DNA of 64,000 bases, taken from positions 1 through 64,000 of the IMG/VR virus record IMGVR_UViG_3300028646_000003; one strand, given 5' to 3'. The DNA comes from an uncultured virus (IMG/VR IMGVR_UViG_3300028646_000003). Its lineage: Duplodnaviria; Heunggongvirae; Uroviricota; Caudoviricetes. The notes beneath the pieces are model-generated. The model had not been told where the DNA came from. It saw nothing but the letters and a program-made list of their open reading frames with translations, and made no database searches. Every line of letters starts with the position of its first letter. Positions within the stretch are counted from its first letter, which is position 1. Positions 50,282 to 59,733 of the stretch are shown here, in pieces. The position numbers and the translations under genes are program-made.

Positions 50282-51106
50282 CTAATCCAAATCTTCTATA
50301 ACATTTAATAATTCTTCTTTACTCTTTCTGGTATAAATCCGAGTTGTTTCAATACTACCATGGCCACATAAATCGGCTACAATATCAATGGCCAAACCAG
50401 AATCTATTAACCGTTTTGCATATTGATGGCGAAATGAATGTGCATGATTTTTCTCCTTTTTTACATTGGCCAACTTACCATATTTCTTTAAAACTTTATC
50501 TACACCACTTCTAGTCATATGGCCACGAGTTCCTACAAACAGGTAATCACAACCTTTATTCATTCGGCCCAATCTACAATAATTTAACCAAACATCATTC
50601 AAGGCCTTGGGAATAAATACAGATCTAATCTTATTTCCCTTGCCAACAATTTGTATTGTATTACTATGTATGTCTTTTATTTGAAGTTGTAGCATTTCAC
50701 TTATTCTTAGGCCAGTCAATTCCAATGTTTTTACTATGGCCAACGTTCTATAATCCTTCTTGGCCTTAGCAATATCAATTATATTTTCTATATCAGCCTT
50801 ATTAATTACATTCTCTAAGAAATTCTGTGATTGTATTTTTACTTTTGTAGTTGTGGCCGACACTTCAATAAAAGCAAAGAATTGATGTATGGCCACAAGT
50901 TTTCTATTGGCCGAAGTAGGAGATAAGAATCTTTCATATAATAAATATTCTTTGTAGGCCTTCATTGTATCATTGTGAAATTCTAATATCTTATTTTCTT
51001 TTGCATAGGCCATGAATTGATTTATATCTCTCATATAGGCCTCAATAGTCTTATTACTTTTTTCTTGCTTGGCCAAGTATTCTCTAAACATTTGTAAATT
51101 ATTCAT
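50282..51106 (-). CDS. Xer-like tyrosine recombinase (probable resolvase)
   Basis: TGLRISE, GKGNK.R, HSFRH, GH and TTRIY motifs; no arm-binding domain. Confidence 0.92.
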   Translation of the reverse strand: MNNLQMFREYLAKQEKSNKTIEAYMRDINQFMAYAKENKILEFHNDTMKAYKEYLLYERFLSPTSANRKLVAIHQFFAFIEVSATTTKVKIQSQNFLENVINKADIENIIDIAKAKKDYRTLAIVKTLELTGLRISEMLQLQIKDIHSNTIQIVGKGNKIRSVFIPKALNDVWLNYCRLGRMNKGCDYLFVGTRGHMTRSGVDKVLKKYGKLANVKKEKNHAHSFRHQYAKRLIDSGLAIDIVADLCGHGSIETTRIYTRKSKEELLNVIEDLD

Positions 51107-51140
51107 CTTTATATACCTCCATAACTATTATACCATGTTT

Positions 51141-51168
51141 TGGACTGATAATCTTAGTTATGTATCGA
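51141..51168. other. dif-like 11-6-11 recombination site
   Basis: TGGACTGATAA-TCTTAG-TTATGTATCGA, inside the recombinase promoter (minus-strand TGGTATAAT at 51128-51136). Confidence 0.65.
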
Positions 51169-51426
51169 ATTTAAAACAAAAATCCTAATTCTTAATGTTG
51201 TGGCCAGTATAAATATGAAAGTATTATCATTAATTCTAATTCTATTACGCCAATATTTTTAGACTTTCTTTTACCTTTAATACAATTGAATTTAAATGGC
51301 ATTCAAAAGCAGAGTTGCAAGTAGAATAACTTTTTCGATTTTATAAAAATGAATGGTTCTGTGGTGTTTATCAAAAATATATGTTATAATATTATATTAA
51401 CCACATAATCATCCTAAGGAGAAGCA

Positions 51427-51540
51427 ATGGAATATATATGTTTATCAATAAGTTGTTTGATTCTATTTATGCTAGGTCGTATAATTAATAAGTTACGGCA
51501 TGTCAGCCGAAATATTGATAATAAAATTTTCAATGATTAA
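51427..51540 (+). CDS. 37-aa membrane peptide
   Basis: RBS TAAGGAG; MEYICLSISCLILFMLGRIINKLRH..; TGTTATAAT upstream. Confidence 0.5.
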   Translation: MEYICLSISCLILFMLGRIINKLRHVSRNIDNKIFND

Positions 51541-51564
51541 ATGAATCCAATTTACAAACACAAA

Positions 51565-51597
51565 TAAGAGCAAGATTATAATATCTCTTGCCCTTAT
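51565..51597. terminator. bidirectional terminator-like hairpin
   Basis: ATAAGAGCAAGA/TCTTGCCCTTAT between convergent genes. Confidence 0.55.
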
Positions 51598-51612
51598 TAC
51601 ATTAATTTATTA

Positions 51613-54600
51613 TTACATTATAAACACATATCCAATAATTTTATTTCCAACAACTATCTTGCATTCTAAATCAGATAAACTTCCTAAAACTTCTATTTTA
51701 GAACTCAAATCATTATTATAAGGAGTCCTAGTTATTATTTTACAACTTAATTCTGAAATATTTGATACTGAAATAATACCATTTAAATCATTAGTAGGAG
51801 TAATCTCTACTTTATTATCTAAGTCATTGTATTCATTTCTTCTAACTTTAATCTTACAAGAAATATCTCCTTTAGCAACTCTAATTATACAATCTAAATT
51901 TTCTACTGATATAATATCAATTTTTGAATTTAAATCAATTTCTTTAGTATTCCTTATTTTAATTACTGAATTTAAATAAGATGGTTTAATAACATTAATC
52001 TTACTATCTAAATTATCATTTGCTATTATATTGATTTTTGAATTAAGATCAATATCTGAATATCTTCTAACTTTAATAGTAGAACTTAAGTTTGCGTGAT
52101 TGGTTACTTCTATTAATGAATCTAGATTATTATAAGTAGTTACTATGATTTTAGAATCTAATTCTGAATCCCAAGTGTTTCTTACTTTAATTATACAACC
52201 TATTAATTCATTTGTTAGAACATTGATTACACAATTTAAATCGCTACGTTGAGTTACACTTAATTTATTATTTAAATCTAAAACGTCATTTCTTCGTACT
52301 ATAATACTTGAATATAACTCACTTGTAGGTGTAACTTTAATTATACTAGCTATATCAGGATTATTTACTATGATTTTGCTATTAAGTTCTTTGTATTCAT
52401 TTCTTCTTACTACAACTTTAGAGTCTAATGATAATATTTCATTTCTTCGGACAATTAAATTACTATCAATATTATCTATTTCATTACGTTTTACTGTTAT
52501 GATAGAATTTATATACGGATTATTTACAATAATTGTACTTGATAATTCATTTATTTCATTTAATCTAACTTTTAATAAGGAATCTAAATTATTTTCTTCA
52601 TTCCTTTTTACAACTAGTTTACAATCTAAATCTCCACGAATAACAGTAATTTTAGAATCTAAGTATCCATTATTATTTACGACCAAAGATGAATCTAAAT
52701 CGCTTTCTAAATTATAATTAGGTACAGTAATTGAACAACTTAAATCTTTATTTTCAACACTCATTACGAATATTTTACTTAAAAAATCATTAGAAACATT
52801 ACTCTTTACTGTAGTATCAAAATACTCTATTTCTAAGGTAGGTGGATAAACACTTTCCCTAGAATAAAGCCTTAGTCTTTGTTGAATTGACTCATCAAGT
52901 GATTTAATTATAAATCCATTTTGTAGCATACTACCATTGAACCAATTATCAATTATATACATTAAGTCAATTTCTATAATACTTCCACTAACGCTAGAAA
53001 CAGCTTTTATTGTACTTAAAGAATCTTCTTGATTATTCCAAGTTATATCATTTTCATACCAAGAATCTTTTACTTCATCTAATTGAATACCACTTGTATA
53101 ATAAGACGTATTACTATGTAATTTTAAAATAGCCTTTGTAAATACCCTAGTTGTAGGTATCCCACTTAAATCAAACTGTAAGAATGAGCGATATAATTCT
53201 CCACTATTATTACCAACATACATATCAATTTCGCTACCATAGTTGAATGTAGGTAATTGACTTCTGGTATAAGCATCTTGTACCGGCTTTAATGTCAAAT
53301 TAACTTTAGGAGCTGGTAATATATCTACAATACCAAACATTCTATTGGAAGGTCTAGTCTTGATTATAGAATTTAAATCCTCAGTACCTTCATTAATTAC
53401 TAAGATAGTAGAATCTAAATCATTAGTATCTGTAATGTATACAAACATCTTACTTGAGATATCGTTTTTACCATCGACAAATCTTACATGAATAGTTGAA
53501 TTTAAATCAATATTTTCATTTCTTCTGACTAATACATTTGAATTGATATCAGTTATATCATTTCTTCTAACTGTAATCTGTGAATCGAATTCATTGTTGT
53601 CATATCTTCTGACATTCAAGATACAATCTACTGTAGACATATCTCTTACTGTTATTTTAGTTGATAAATCTTTTGCAGAAGGTATTCTAACAGATATTTT
53701 AGAATTTAATTCTTTATAATTGGTAACTTTTATTTTACTTAAGAATTCACTTGTTGGAGATATTTTTACTATTCCATTGAAATCATCATCTAAATATCTT
53801 CTTACTTTTATTATAGAATCAACTTCGCCCTTACTAACTAAAATCTTACAACCCAATTCTTCAAATAATGAAATTAAAATTGTACTATCAATGCTACCAT
53901 CGTCATATCTTCTTACATTAATTATGGAATTTAAATCATTATCTTCAGACCTTCTAACTTTAATTGTAGAATCTAAGTCATTGGTAAACATAACTAAAAT
54001 TTTACTATTTAATTCATTAATGTCGTATCTTCTGACTTTAATTATCGAACTTAACTCATTATAATTATACCTTCTAACTGTTATCTTTGATGATAATTCA
54101 CTAAATCTTGTGGTAGATATTGTGCAATTCAGTTCACTTACATCTTTTCTTCGTACTATTATTTTAGAGTTTAAATCTTTATATTCATTACGTCTTACTG
54201 CAAGTTTACTAACTAAGTCTAAAATATTAGTAACTTTAATATTTGAATTTAGTTCACTAATATCATATCTTCTAACTTTCACCTTACAATCTAAATCCTT
54301 AATTTGTGTAACATTTATAATACAAGGCATTTGATAATTATTAACTACAGTTATTTTACAACTAATATTAGGTTGGGATACTGCAACTTGTGAATTGAAA
54401 TCTCTAGCAGTATTTATTTTAACTTTTATTATAGAATTTAAATTAACTCCTGTTGCAACATTGATTTTACTATTTAATGCGTCTGTTAATACTTGTAATT
54501 TACAATCTAAATAACTATTATTTCTAACTGTTATTGTACTATCTAAATCATTATTAAAATCATATTCAGGAACTATTATAGTACAATTTAATTCATTTTT

Positions 54601-55401
54601 TGCAGGTATTTTTACACTTATTTTACTATTTAATATTGCTGACCCATAGCTAGGAGGATTAGGGTTAAAATACTCAACTTCCAATATAGGAGTAAAACTT
54701 GATTCTCTTGAATAAGTTCTACCATATTGATTATAAGTTTCGTCTGAAGATTTAAAAACAAATCCTGTTTGGAATCTATTTCCTTCGTACCAATCAATAA
54801 TACTATTTGTAACATCACAATATATATATTTCTGACCTAGTGAAGTTCCACCTTGGAATGTTTCAAGTAGAGTTCCCATTGGAGGTTGGTTATCCCATGT
54901 AATATCATTTTCATCAAAACTATTTAAACATTCGTATACTTCTAAGTTAGGAATAAAATTATCAGTACTTATCCTAGTTGCTTTTATTGTTGCTTTTGTT
55001 ATTATTAAACCTTTTTGTAATCGAAGTAAATTAAAGTCCATGAATGTTCTAAATATTCCATCAAAAGAAGATGAATAACCAACTAATAAATCTTTTTCTT
55101 TTCCGTAATTTAGAACTGGTTGGTCTGATCTCACGAATGCATCTTTTAAGCAAGGTATAATTTGAGTTATTTTTTGTGTTTTGACTATATCTACAGTACC
55201 AAACATTTTGTTCTTTATTGGAATAGTTAAGGTACTTGATAATGAAACATTTTCGTCTTGTACTGATTCATCATTATATCTAACTGTAATTGTACTATTT
55301 AAATTATTGACAGAATCTATATCAATTTTTGCATAAGCTTCATTTTGAACATTACTTCTATTAATTATTATATATGAATTTAAGTCGTTATCATATTGCA
55401 T
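51613..55401 (-). CDS. large repeat protein with two DNRLRE/CBM96-like domains (virion appendage or adhesin)
   Basis: Two domains DA(F/Y).RS..P..NYG..R.F..F.L..A..K..ITW.NQ..SRE..P.LE.EY, separated and followed by dozens of L(N/D)(S/C).I.V(RR) repeats. Confidence 0.75.
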   Translation of the reverse strand: MQYDNDLNSYIIINRSNVQNEAYAKIDIDSVNNLNSTITVRYNDESVQDENVSLSSTLTIPIKNKMFGTVDIVKTQKITQIIPCLKDAFVRSDQPVLNYGKEKDLLVGYSSSFDGIFRTFMDFNLLRLQKGLIITKATIKATRISTDNFIPNLEVYECLNSFDENDITWDNQPPMGTLLETFQGGTSLGQKYIYCDVTNSIIDWYEGNRFQTGFVFKSSDETYNQYGRTYSRESSFTPILEVEYFNPNPPSYGSAILNSKISVKIPAKNELNCTIIVPEYDFNNDLDSTITVRNNSYLDCKLQVLTDALNSKINVATGVNLNSIIKVKINTARDFNSQVAVSQPNISCKITVVNNYQMPCIINVTQIKDLDCKVKVRRYDISELNSNIKVTNILDLVSKLAVRRNEYKDLNSKIIVRRKDVSELNCTISTTRFSELSSKITVRRYNYNELSSIIKVRRYDINELNSKILVMFTNDLDSTIKVRRSEDNDLNSIINVRRYDDGSIDSTILISLFEELGCKILVSKGEVDSIIKVRRYLDDDFNGIVKISPTSEFLSKIKVTNYKELNSKISVRIPSAKDLSTKITVRDMSTVDCILNVRRYDNNEFDSQITVRRNDITDINSNVLVRRNENIDLNSTIHVRFVDGKNDISSKMFVYITDTNDLDSTILVINEGTEDLNSIIKTRPSNRMFGIVDILPAPKVNLTLKPVQDAYTRSQLPTFNYGSEIDMYVGNNSGELYRSFLQFDLSGIPTTRVFTKAILKLHSNTSYYTSGIQLDEVKDSWYENDITWNNQEDSLSTIKAVSSVSGSIIEIDLMYIIDNWFNGSMLQNGFIIKSLDESIQQRLRLYSRESVYPPTLEIEYFDTTVKSNVSNDFLSKIFVMSVENKDLSCSITVPNYNLESDLDSSLVVNNNGYLDSKITVIRGDLDCKLVVKRNEENNLDSLLKVRLNEINELSSTIIVNNPYINSIITVKRNEIDNIDSNLIVRRNEILSLDSKVVVRRNEYKELNSKIIVNNPDIASIIKVTPTSELYSSIIVRRNDVLDLNNKLSVTQRSDLNCVINVLTNELIGCIIKVRNTWDSELDSKIIVTTYNNLDSLIEVTNHANLSSTIKVRRYSDIDLNSKINIIANDNLDSKINVIKPSYLNSVIKIRNTKEIDLNSKIDIISVENLDCIIRVAKGDISCKIKVRRNEYNDLDNKVEITPTNDLNGIISVSNISELSCKIITRTPYNNDLSSKIEVLGSLSDLECKIVVGNKIIGYVFIM

Positions 55402-55456
55402 TTCATTTTCTCACATCCTTTCTCATTGTATTGAGCCATACGATGTCTACATTTTA

Positions 55457-57031
55457 TTAAACTGGTTCACAAATCGCATCTATTTCAAATATTCCACCTG
55501 TCCCACTAGAATGTACGTCACTCGTGATACGACAAAAAAACTCTTTACTTTCACCGTCTTGTAATATAAAAGGAAAATTTAATTGAGTTAATGTATCTGC
55601 CCCTTCTGGTACAAACGAAGAGTCTTTTGCTATATGCAACTCATAATTTACCACGGTATCAGATTTTACTGTTATAAATGTATTCTCTACTGGATATCCA
55701 TAGTCATTTTCAATCAATATTCTCTTTACGTCACTAGTTTGACCAGCAGTTAGAGTGCCAAAATCAAGCATCTCTAAAATATTTCCATGTGCATCTGAAT
55801 AAAACCCTGATACTTCATCTTTAAACATCAAATTTTTATATTTTCCAATAGAATTAAGCGAATATGCAAGTGTGCCTCCTACATAATCCTGTATTTCAAA
55901 TTTTATTGTATTTTGTTTGTTCAATATTAAATCATCACTTGTCCAACTATGTTCTATATAATGAGGTACGTCAAAATATTCAGTATAAGATGGTGTACTT
56001 AAATCCTCAGTATATGGATATTTTTGCACCCCATTTATCAACATTCTATATCTAATTTTGTCTCCATTAATATCATCGAGTGACCCAGAAACACTCCAAT
56101 TATCAGATAAAATACTTGAAAATATGGGATTGTTATTTACCATATTTAAAGATTTTGTAATAGAATAAACTAATCCCCTAGAATCTTTGACAGATAAAAT
56201 AATAATATTATTACCTACTTTGAAATCTAAATAATTATACGTGTGTGCAATTTGTTGAATTTGTTCTCCATCTAGCCAATCAGACCATCCGTTATTGCCT
56301 TCAAAGTCAATAAATATCCCATTGATAGTAATCTTATATTGAAATAAATCGCCTTCTAAATCTTGCAAATCTGCTGATAATTTTATATTTGTTCTATATA
56401 ATGTTGTATCAGGACTAATTGTTAAATTACTAATTGTAGGAGATGAATTAACAGGATATGTGGTAATTAAATTATTTATTTGCGGACTTAACATATTGCT
56501 TTCCGAATACATATATACTGCATAATCTAATGTTCCACGCTTAAACCACGCATTTATATCGCCATCTAATATATTATTAACTTCTAGTCTTGTCATTCCT
56601 TTTGTATCAATATCACTTAATAATACTTGTTGCCATACTCCACTTTTAAATGTCCACCAAGAATTTCTGCCATCTTTAGAAAATAAGAACTTAGACATTA
56701 ATTGAGCTTTAATATTTAATATTACACTTGGAACTACTGTATCACTCCAACATAATAATTTAGGACTATCAATAACAAAAAATGGTTTATATGTATTAGA
56801 TGTATTAAATATTAAATTTAGATTTGTAGATTTATCAGACCAAGTAATAAATTCTACTTGGTCTTCATCTAAAGTTGACCATTGTGCTTCAGTTATAGAA
56901 TTTATTGATGAAATACCAAAATCAATAAAGTTTTGTTTTGTAAGTGGTTCTACTAATATAGAGTCTACCCAACTAGTGCCATTAAAAGTTAATAGTTTTC
57001 CAGCTAAAGTTTTAACAAATGTATATTCCAT
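55457..57031 (-). CDS. tail/adhesin-associated protein with Ig-like domains; paralog of the C-terminal part of 59734..62694
   Basis: Start ATG 57031 after AGGAGG. Shares DLEGD, SVKD.RGL, YR.LING.QKYP, IGKYKNLM.KD and ENDYGY with the paralog. Confidence 0.7.
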   Translation of the reverse strand: MEYTFVKTLAGKLLTFNGTSWVDSILVEPLTKQNFIDFGISSINSITEAQWSTLDEDQVEFITWSDKSTNLNLIFNTSNTYKPFFVIDSPKLLCWSDTVVPSVILNIKAQLMSKFLFSKDGRNSWWTFKSGVWQQVLLSDIDTKGMTRLEVNNILDGDINAWFKRGTLDYAVYMYSESNMLSPQINNLITTYPVNSSPTISNLTISPDTTLYRTNIKLSADLQDLEGDLFQYKITINGIFIDFEGNNGWSDWLDGEQIQQIAHTYNYLDFKVGNNIIILSVKDSRGLVYSITKSLNMVNNNPIFSSILSDNWSVSGSLDDINGDKIRYRMLINGVQKYPYTEDLSTPSYTEYFDVPHYIEHSWTSDDLILNKQNTIKFEIQDYVGGTLAYSLNSIGKYKNLMFKDEVSGFYSDAHGNILEMLDFGTLTAGQTSDVKRILIENDYGYPVENTFITVKSDTVVNYELHIAKDSSFVPEGADTLTQLNFPFILQDGESKEFFCRITSDVHSSGTGGIFEIDAICEPV

Positions 57032-57069
57032 AAAGAGATACCTCCTTTCTTTTAAAAATATTAACCATT

Positions 57070-59709
57070 TTAAGCTAATTGTTTCACCCATATTAAGCAG
57101 TTTCTTTCCGATCTTGACCCTTCGTAAGCCGATGAATCATGAGATATACAAGCTTCACTAGAGTAGTTCATTATTAAATAATAAGCAGTTGCATTAGTAG
57201 ACGGGAAACTTGTACTGCCCCATGTACTCAAAGCACTTCCGTAATTTGTTGCATTTGCACCATATCTTCCCGTACTTGTACCATTTTTTGCATCTAAATA
57301 AAGAGGATAATACATATAAATAGTTTGATAAGAATCTTGTACAGTTCCGTATCTTGGAGAATCTGATATATAAGGTGTATTTTGTCTAAAGTAAATTGGT
57401 AAAGTTTTAAAACTAGGGTTATTAGGTCTATCAACCTTAATTATACTCTTTGATAAATCTTTTCCTCGTAATGCATTTATAACATCGTCACCTAGTTTAC
57501 ACATGGTTGTACTTGCTGACAATACAGGTAATGTTCCACTTGATGTTGCCATTGTAGTTAATGTTCCTTTTACTCCTGTGTTAAGTACCAACATCCATGC
57601 TCCATCATTATTAGATGTATTCATATCACAATAAACATCTTGTATTACTGTTGGTTTCACTAATTTTATGTTTCTAATTTCTGTGTTTGTTCCTACTGTA
57701 TTACACATATATAATAATAAATGTCCAGAAGTAGCTAATGTTTTTGTTATAGTATATGTCTGCCAATCAGATGTTCCGACTAAAGTAGCATTAAATGTAT
57801 TATCATTAACTCCATCATTATCAATAGCAAAAGTTCCATTTCCTTTATATTCAAATGATAGTGTACATGTGCCTGATAAAACTACCATATCCCAATAACC
57901 ACACCATGATGTGCTTTTTAATCTTATCCATTTTTGACTAGAGTCTACTGTTTCATATCTTGTAGCATCTTGATATAAAGTCCATATACCACAGGCGTCA
58001 TAAGGTGTTGGTTTTATTCTATATATGCCACTACCTGTATCTCCCATATACACATGACTTCCATCTGTTGGTCTAAGATATTCTTCAGCAGATTTTGCAT
58101 AAGTCCCATCACTCCACGCCCTATATGTACCAAAGTTTACAATACCATTGGAATAAATAGCACTTTTAACTCCATTATACTTTGATAAATTTACTATTTG
58201 TCTATATAAATATCCATCACCCAAAACACCTTTATTCGATGGAACAAATCTTGCAATATTCATATCAGCAAATAATAGATTTAAATTAGTAACATCATTA
58301 TTTTGGAAGTCTAATTGAGTTGGATTTTGATTGCCTATATCTACATAACCCGTACCTTTAAAAGTATATACTTTATCGTCTGTTTGGATTAAAGTATTTC
58401 CATTAGAAATCACCATTCCATTCAACTCAGTGAATCTATCAGAATTTATATCATACGTATATTTAGTTCCTGTTCCTACTATCATATCTGTTTCCATGTC
58501 TTCTACAAGTGTAGTAGATTGAATGGAATCATCTGTTCCTGTTATTGCTATACTATTTATTTTCCTTTTTCCAATTGTCTTTAATTGTGAATTGTCATTA
58601 GATATTACTATATCAGTACCATATCCAATTAAAGATAAACCATTTTCATTACAGTTTGAATTATTGTTTGTCATCGTATATTCGGAATTAAAATCAAAGT
58701 CTCTTTGAGAACTTGTACTATCTCTGTCTTCTTTATAAACATTATATGTCCCAAGTCTATATAAATAATTTTCTACACTTAAAACATCTATATATAAAGT
58801 ATTTTTGCCTGAATTAAAAGCACTTTGAGGAATTGCCATTTGAATATCATATGGAGTTGTTGTTAATAATGTATATCCACTTGATGGATAATATTGAATG
58901 CCATTTATAAATATTTTATATTGAGTTTGAGTTCCAAAATCTGTATCTATTGTACATTTTAATAAACTATCATTATTATTTTTATATGTCCATATATTGC
59001 TTGGAATAATTTCTGCTTTATCAAATTCACAAATTGGATCTAAATCAACTCCACCCGTTGCCCAAGTACCATTAACAATTATCCCATTATTCCCATTAAC
59101 TACGTCAGTTATCGTAGTTCCGTTTCCTTCATTAAACTTCCAATAAGCAATTAAATTATTTTCATTTCCTTTTAATTGTTTCTTTCTATTATCTTTAATT
59201 TGTGTTAATGTTCTTTCAATATTCCACATTCTTACATTATCTAAATATCCATTAAACATAGAATATGCTGAATTTACTTCTGTTGTACTTCCAAAATATA
59301 ATGGATAAGGTTGAACTAAAGTATCGACTCCTACTGTAATAGCAATACTAAACCATAAAGCGTCATTTAAATAAAGTTTAAGAATACCTGTATCTCTATT
59401 AATAACTCCTGCTATATGATACCAAGTATTCGCCACCATTACAGGAGTTATAGTATCACTCCATAAAATTTCTTGAGTTCCGTCTAACTTTTCAGTTCCT
59501 AAATACATACGTCCTGTACTATGTACCCACATACTATATTGCCTAGCATTTCCTTTATAAATAATTGGCATCCAAGTATTAACAAAAGAATTTATCTTAA
59601 TATCAAACTCTATAGTCATTTGTCGCAATGGGCTTAATGAGTTAGAATGTGGAATTGTAACATTTGTTGTTCCACCAAATTTTAAAGCATATGGATTATT
59701 AATTGCCAA
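57070..59709 (-). CDS. LamG-domain protein with a C-terminal fibrinogen-like segment (receptor-binding/adhesin)
   Basis: WYHIA..LYLND..G.LDNVRMWN..AYWKFNEG; C-terminal SG.Y.I.P ... VYCDM..GAWMLV. Confidence 0.75.
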   Translation of the reverse strand: MAINNPYALKFGGTTNVTIPHSNSLSPLRQMTIEFDIKINSFVNTWMPIIYKGNARQYSMWVHSTGRMYLGTEKLDGTQEILWSDTITPVMVANTWYHIAGVINRDTGILKLYLNDALWFSIAITVGVDTLVQPYPLYFGSTTEVNSAYSMFNGYLDNVRMWNIERTLTQIKDNRKKQLKGNENNLIAYWKFNEGNGTTITDVVNGNNGIIVNGTWATGGVDLDPICEFDKAEIIPSNIWTYKNNNDSLLKCTIDTDFGTQTQYKIFINGIQYYPSSGYTLLTTTPYDIQMAIPQSAFNSGKNTLYIDVLSVENYLYRLGTYNVYKEDRDSTSSQRDFDFNSEYTMTNNNSNCNENGLSLIGYGTDIVISNDNSQLKTIGKRKINSIAITGTDDSIQSTTLVEDMETDMIVGTGTKYTYDINSDRFTELNGMVISNGNTLIQTDDKVYTFKGTGYVDIGNQNPTQLDFQNNDVTNLNLLFADMNIARFVPSNKGVLGDGYLYRQIVNLSKYNGVKSAIYSNGIVNFGTYRAWSDGTYAKSAEEYLRPTDGSHVYMGDTGSGIYRIKPTPYDACGIWTLYQDATRYETVDSSQKWIRLKSTSWCGYWDMVVLSGTCTLSFEYKGNGTFAIDNDGVNDNTFNATLVGTSDWQTYTITKTLATSGHLLLYMCNTVGTNTEIRNIKLVKPTVIQDVYCDMNTSNNDGAWMLVLNTGVKGTLTTMATSSGTLPVLSASTTMCKLGDDVINALRGKDLSKSIIKVDRPNNPSFKTLPIYFRQNTPYISDSPRYGTVQDSYQTIYMYYPLYLDAKNGTSTGRYGANATNYGSALSTWGSTSFPSTNATAYYLIMNYSSEACISHDSSAYEGSRSERNCLIWVKQLA

Positions 59710-59733
59710 AATATCACCTACTTTTATATTTTA

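Larger units (their letters stand above)
50279..51205. repeat. cluster of 18 GGCC sites
   Basis: GGCC at 50279, 50362, 50390, 50468, 50521, 50566, 50603, 50710, 50738, 50762, 50855, 50891, 50909, 50957, 51008, 51038, 51071 and 51202. Confidence 0.9.
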
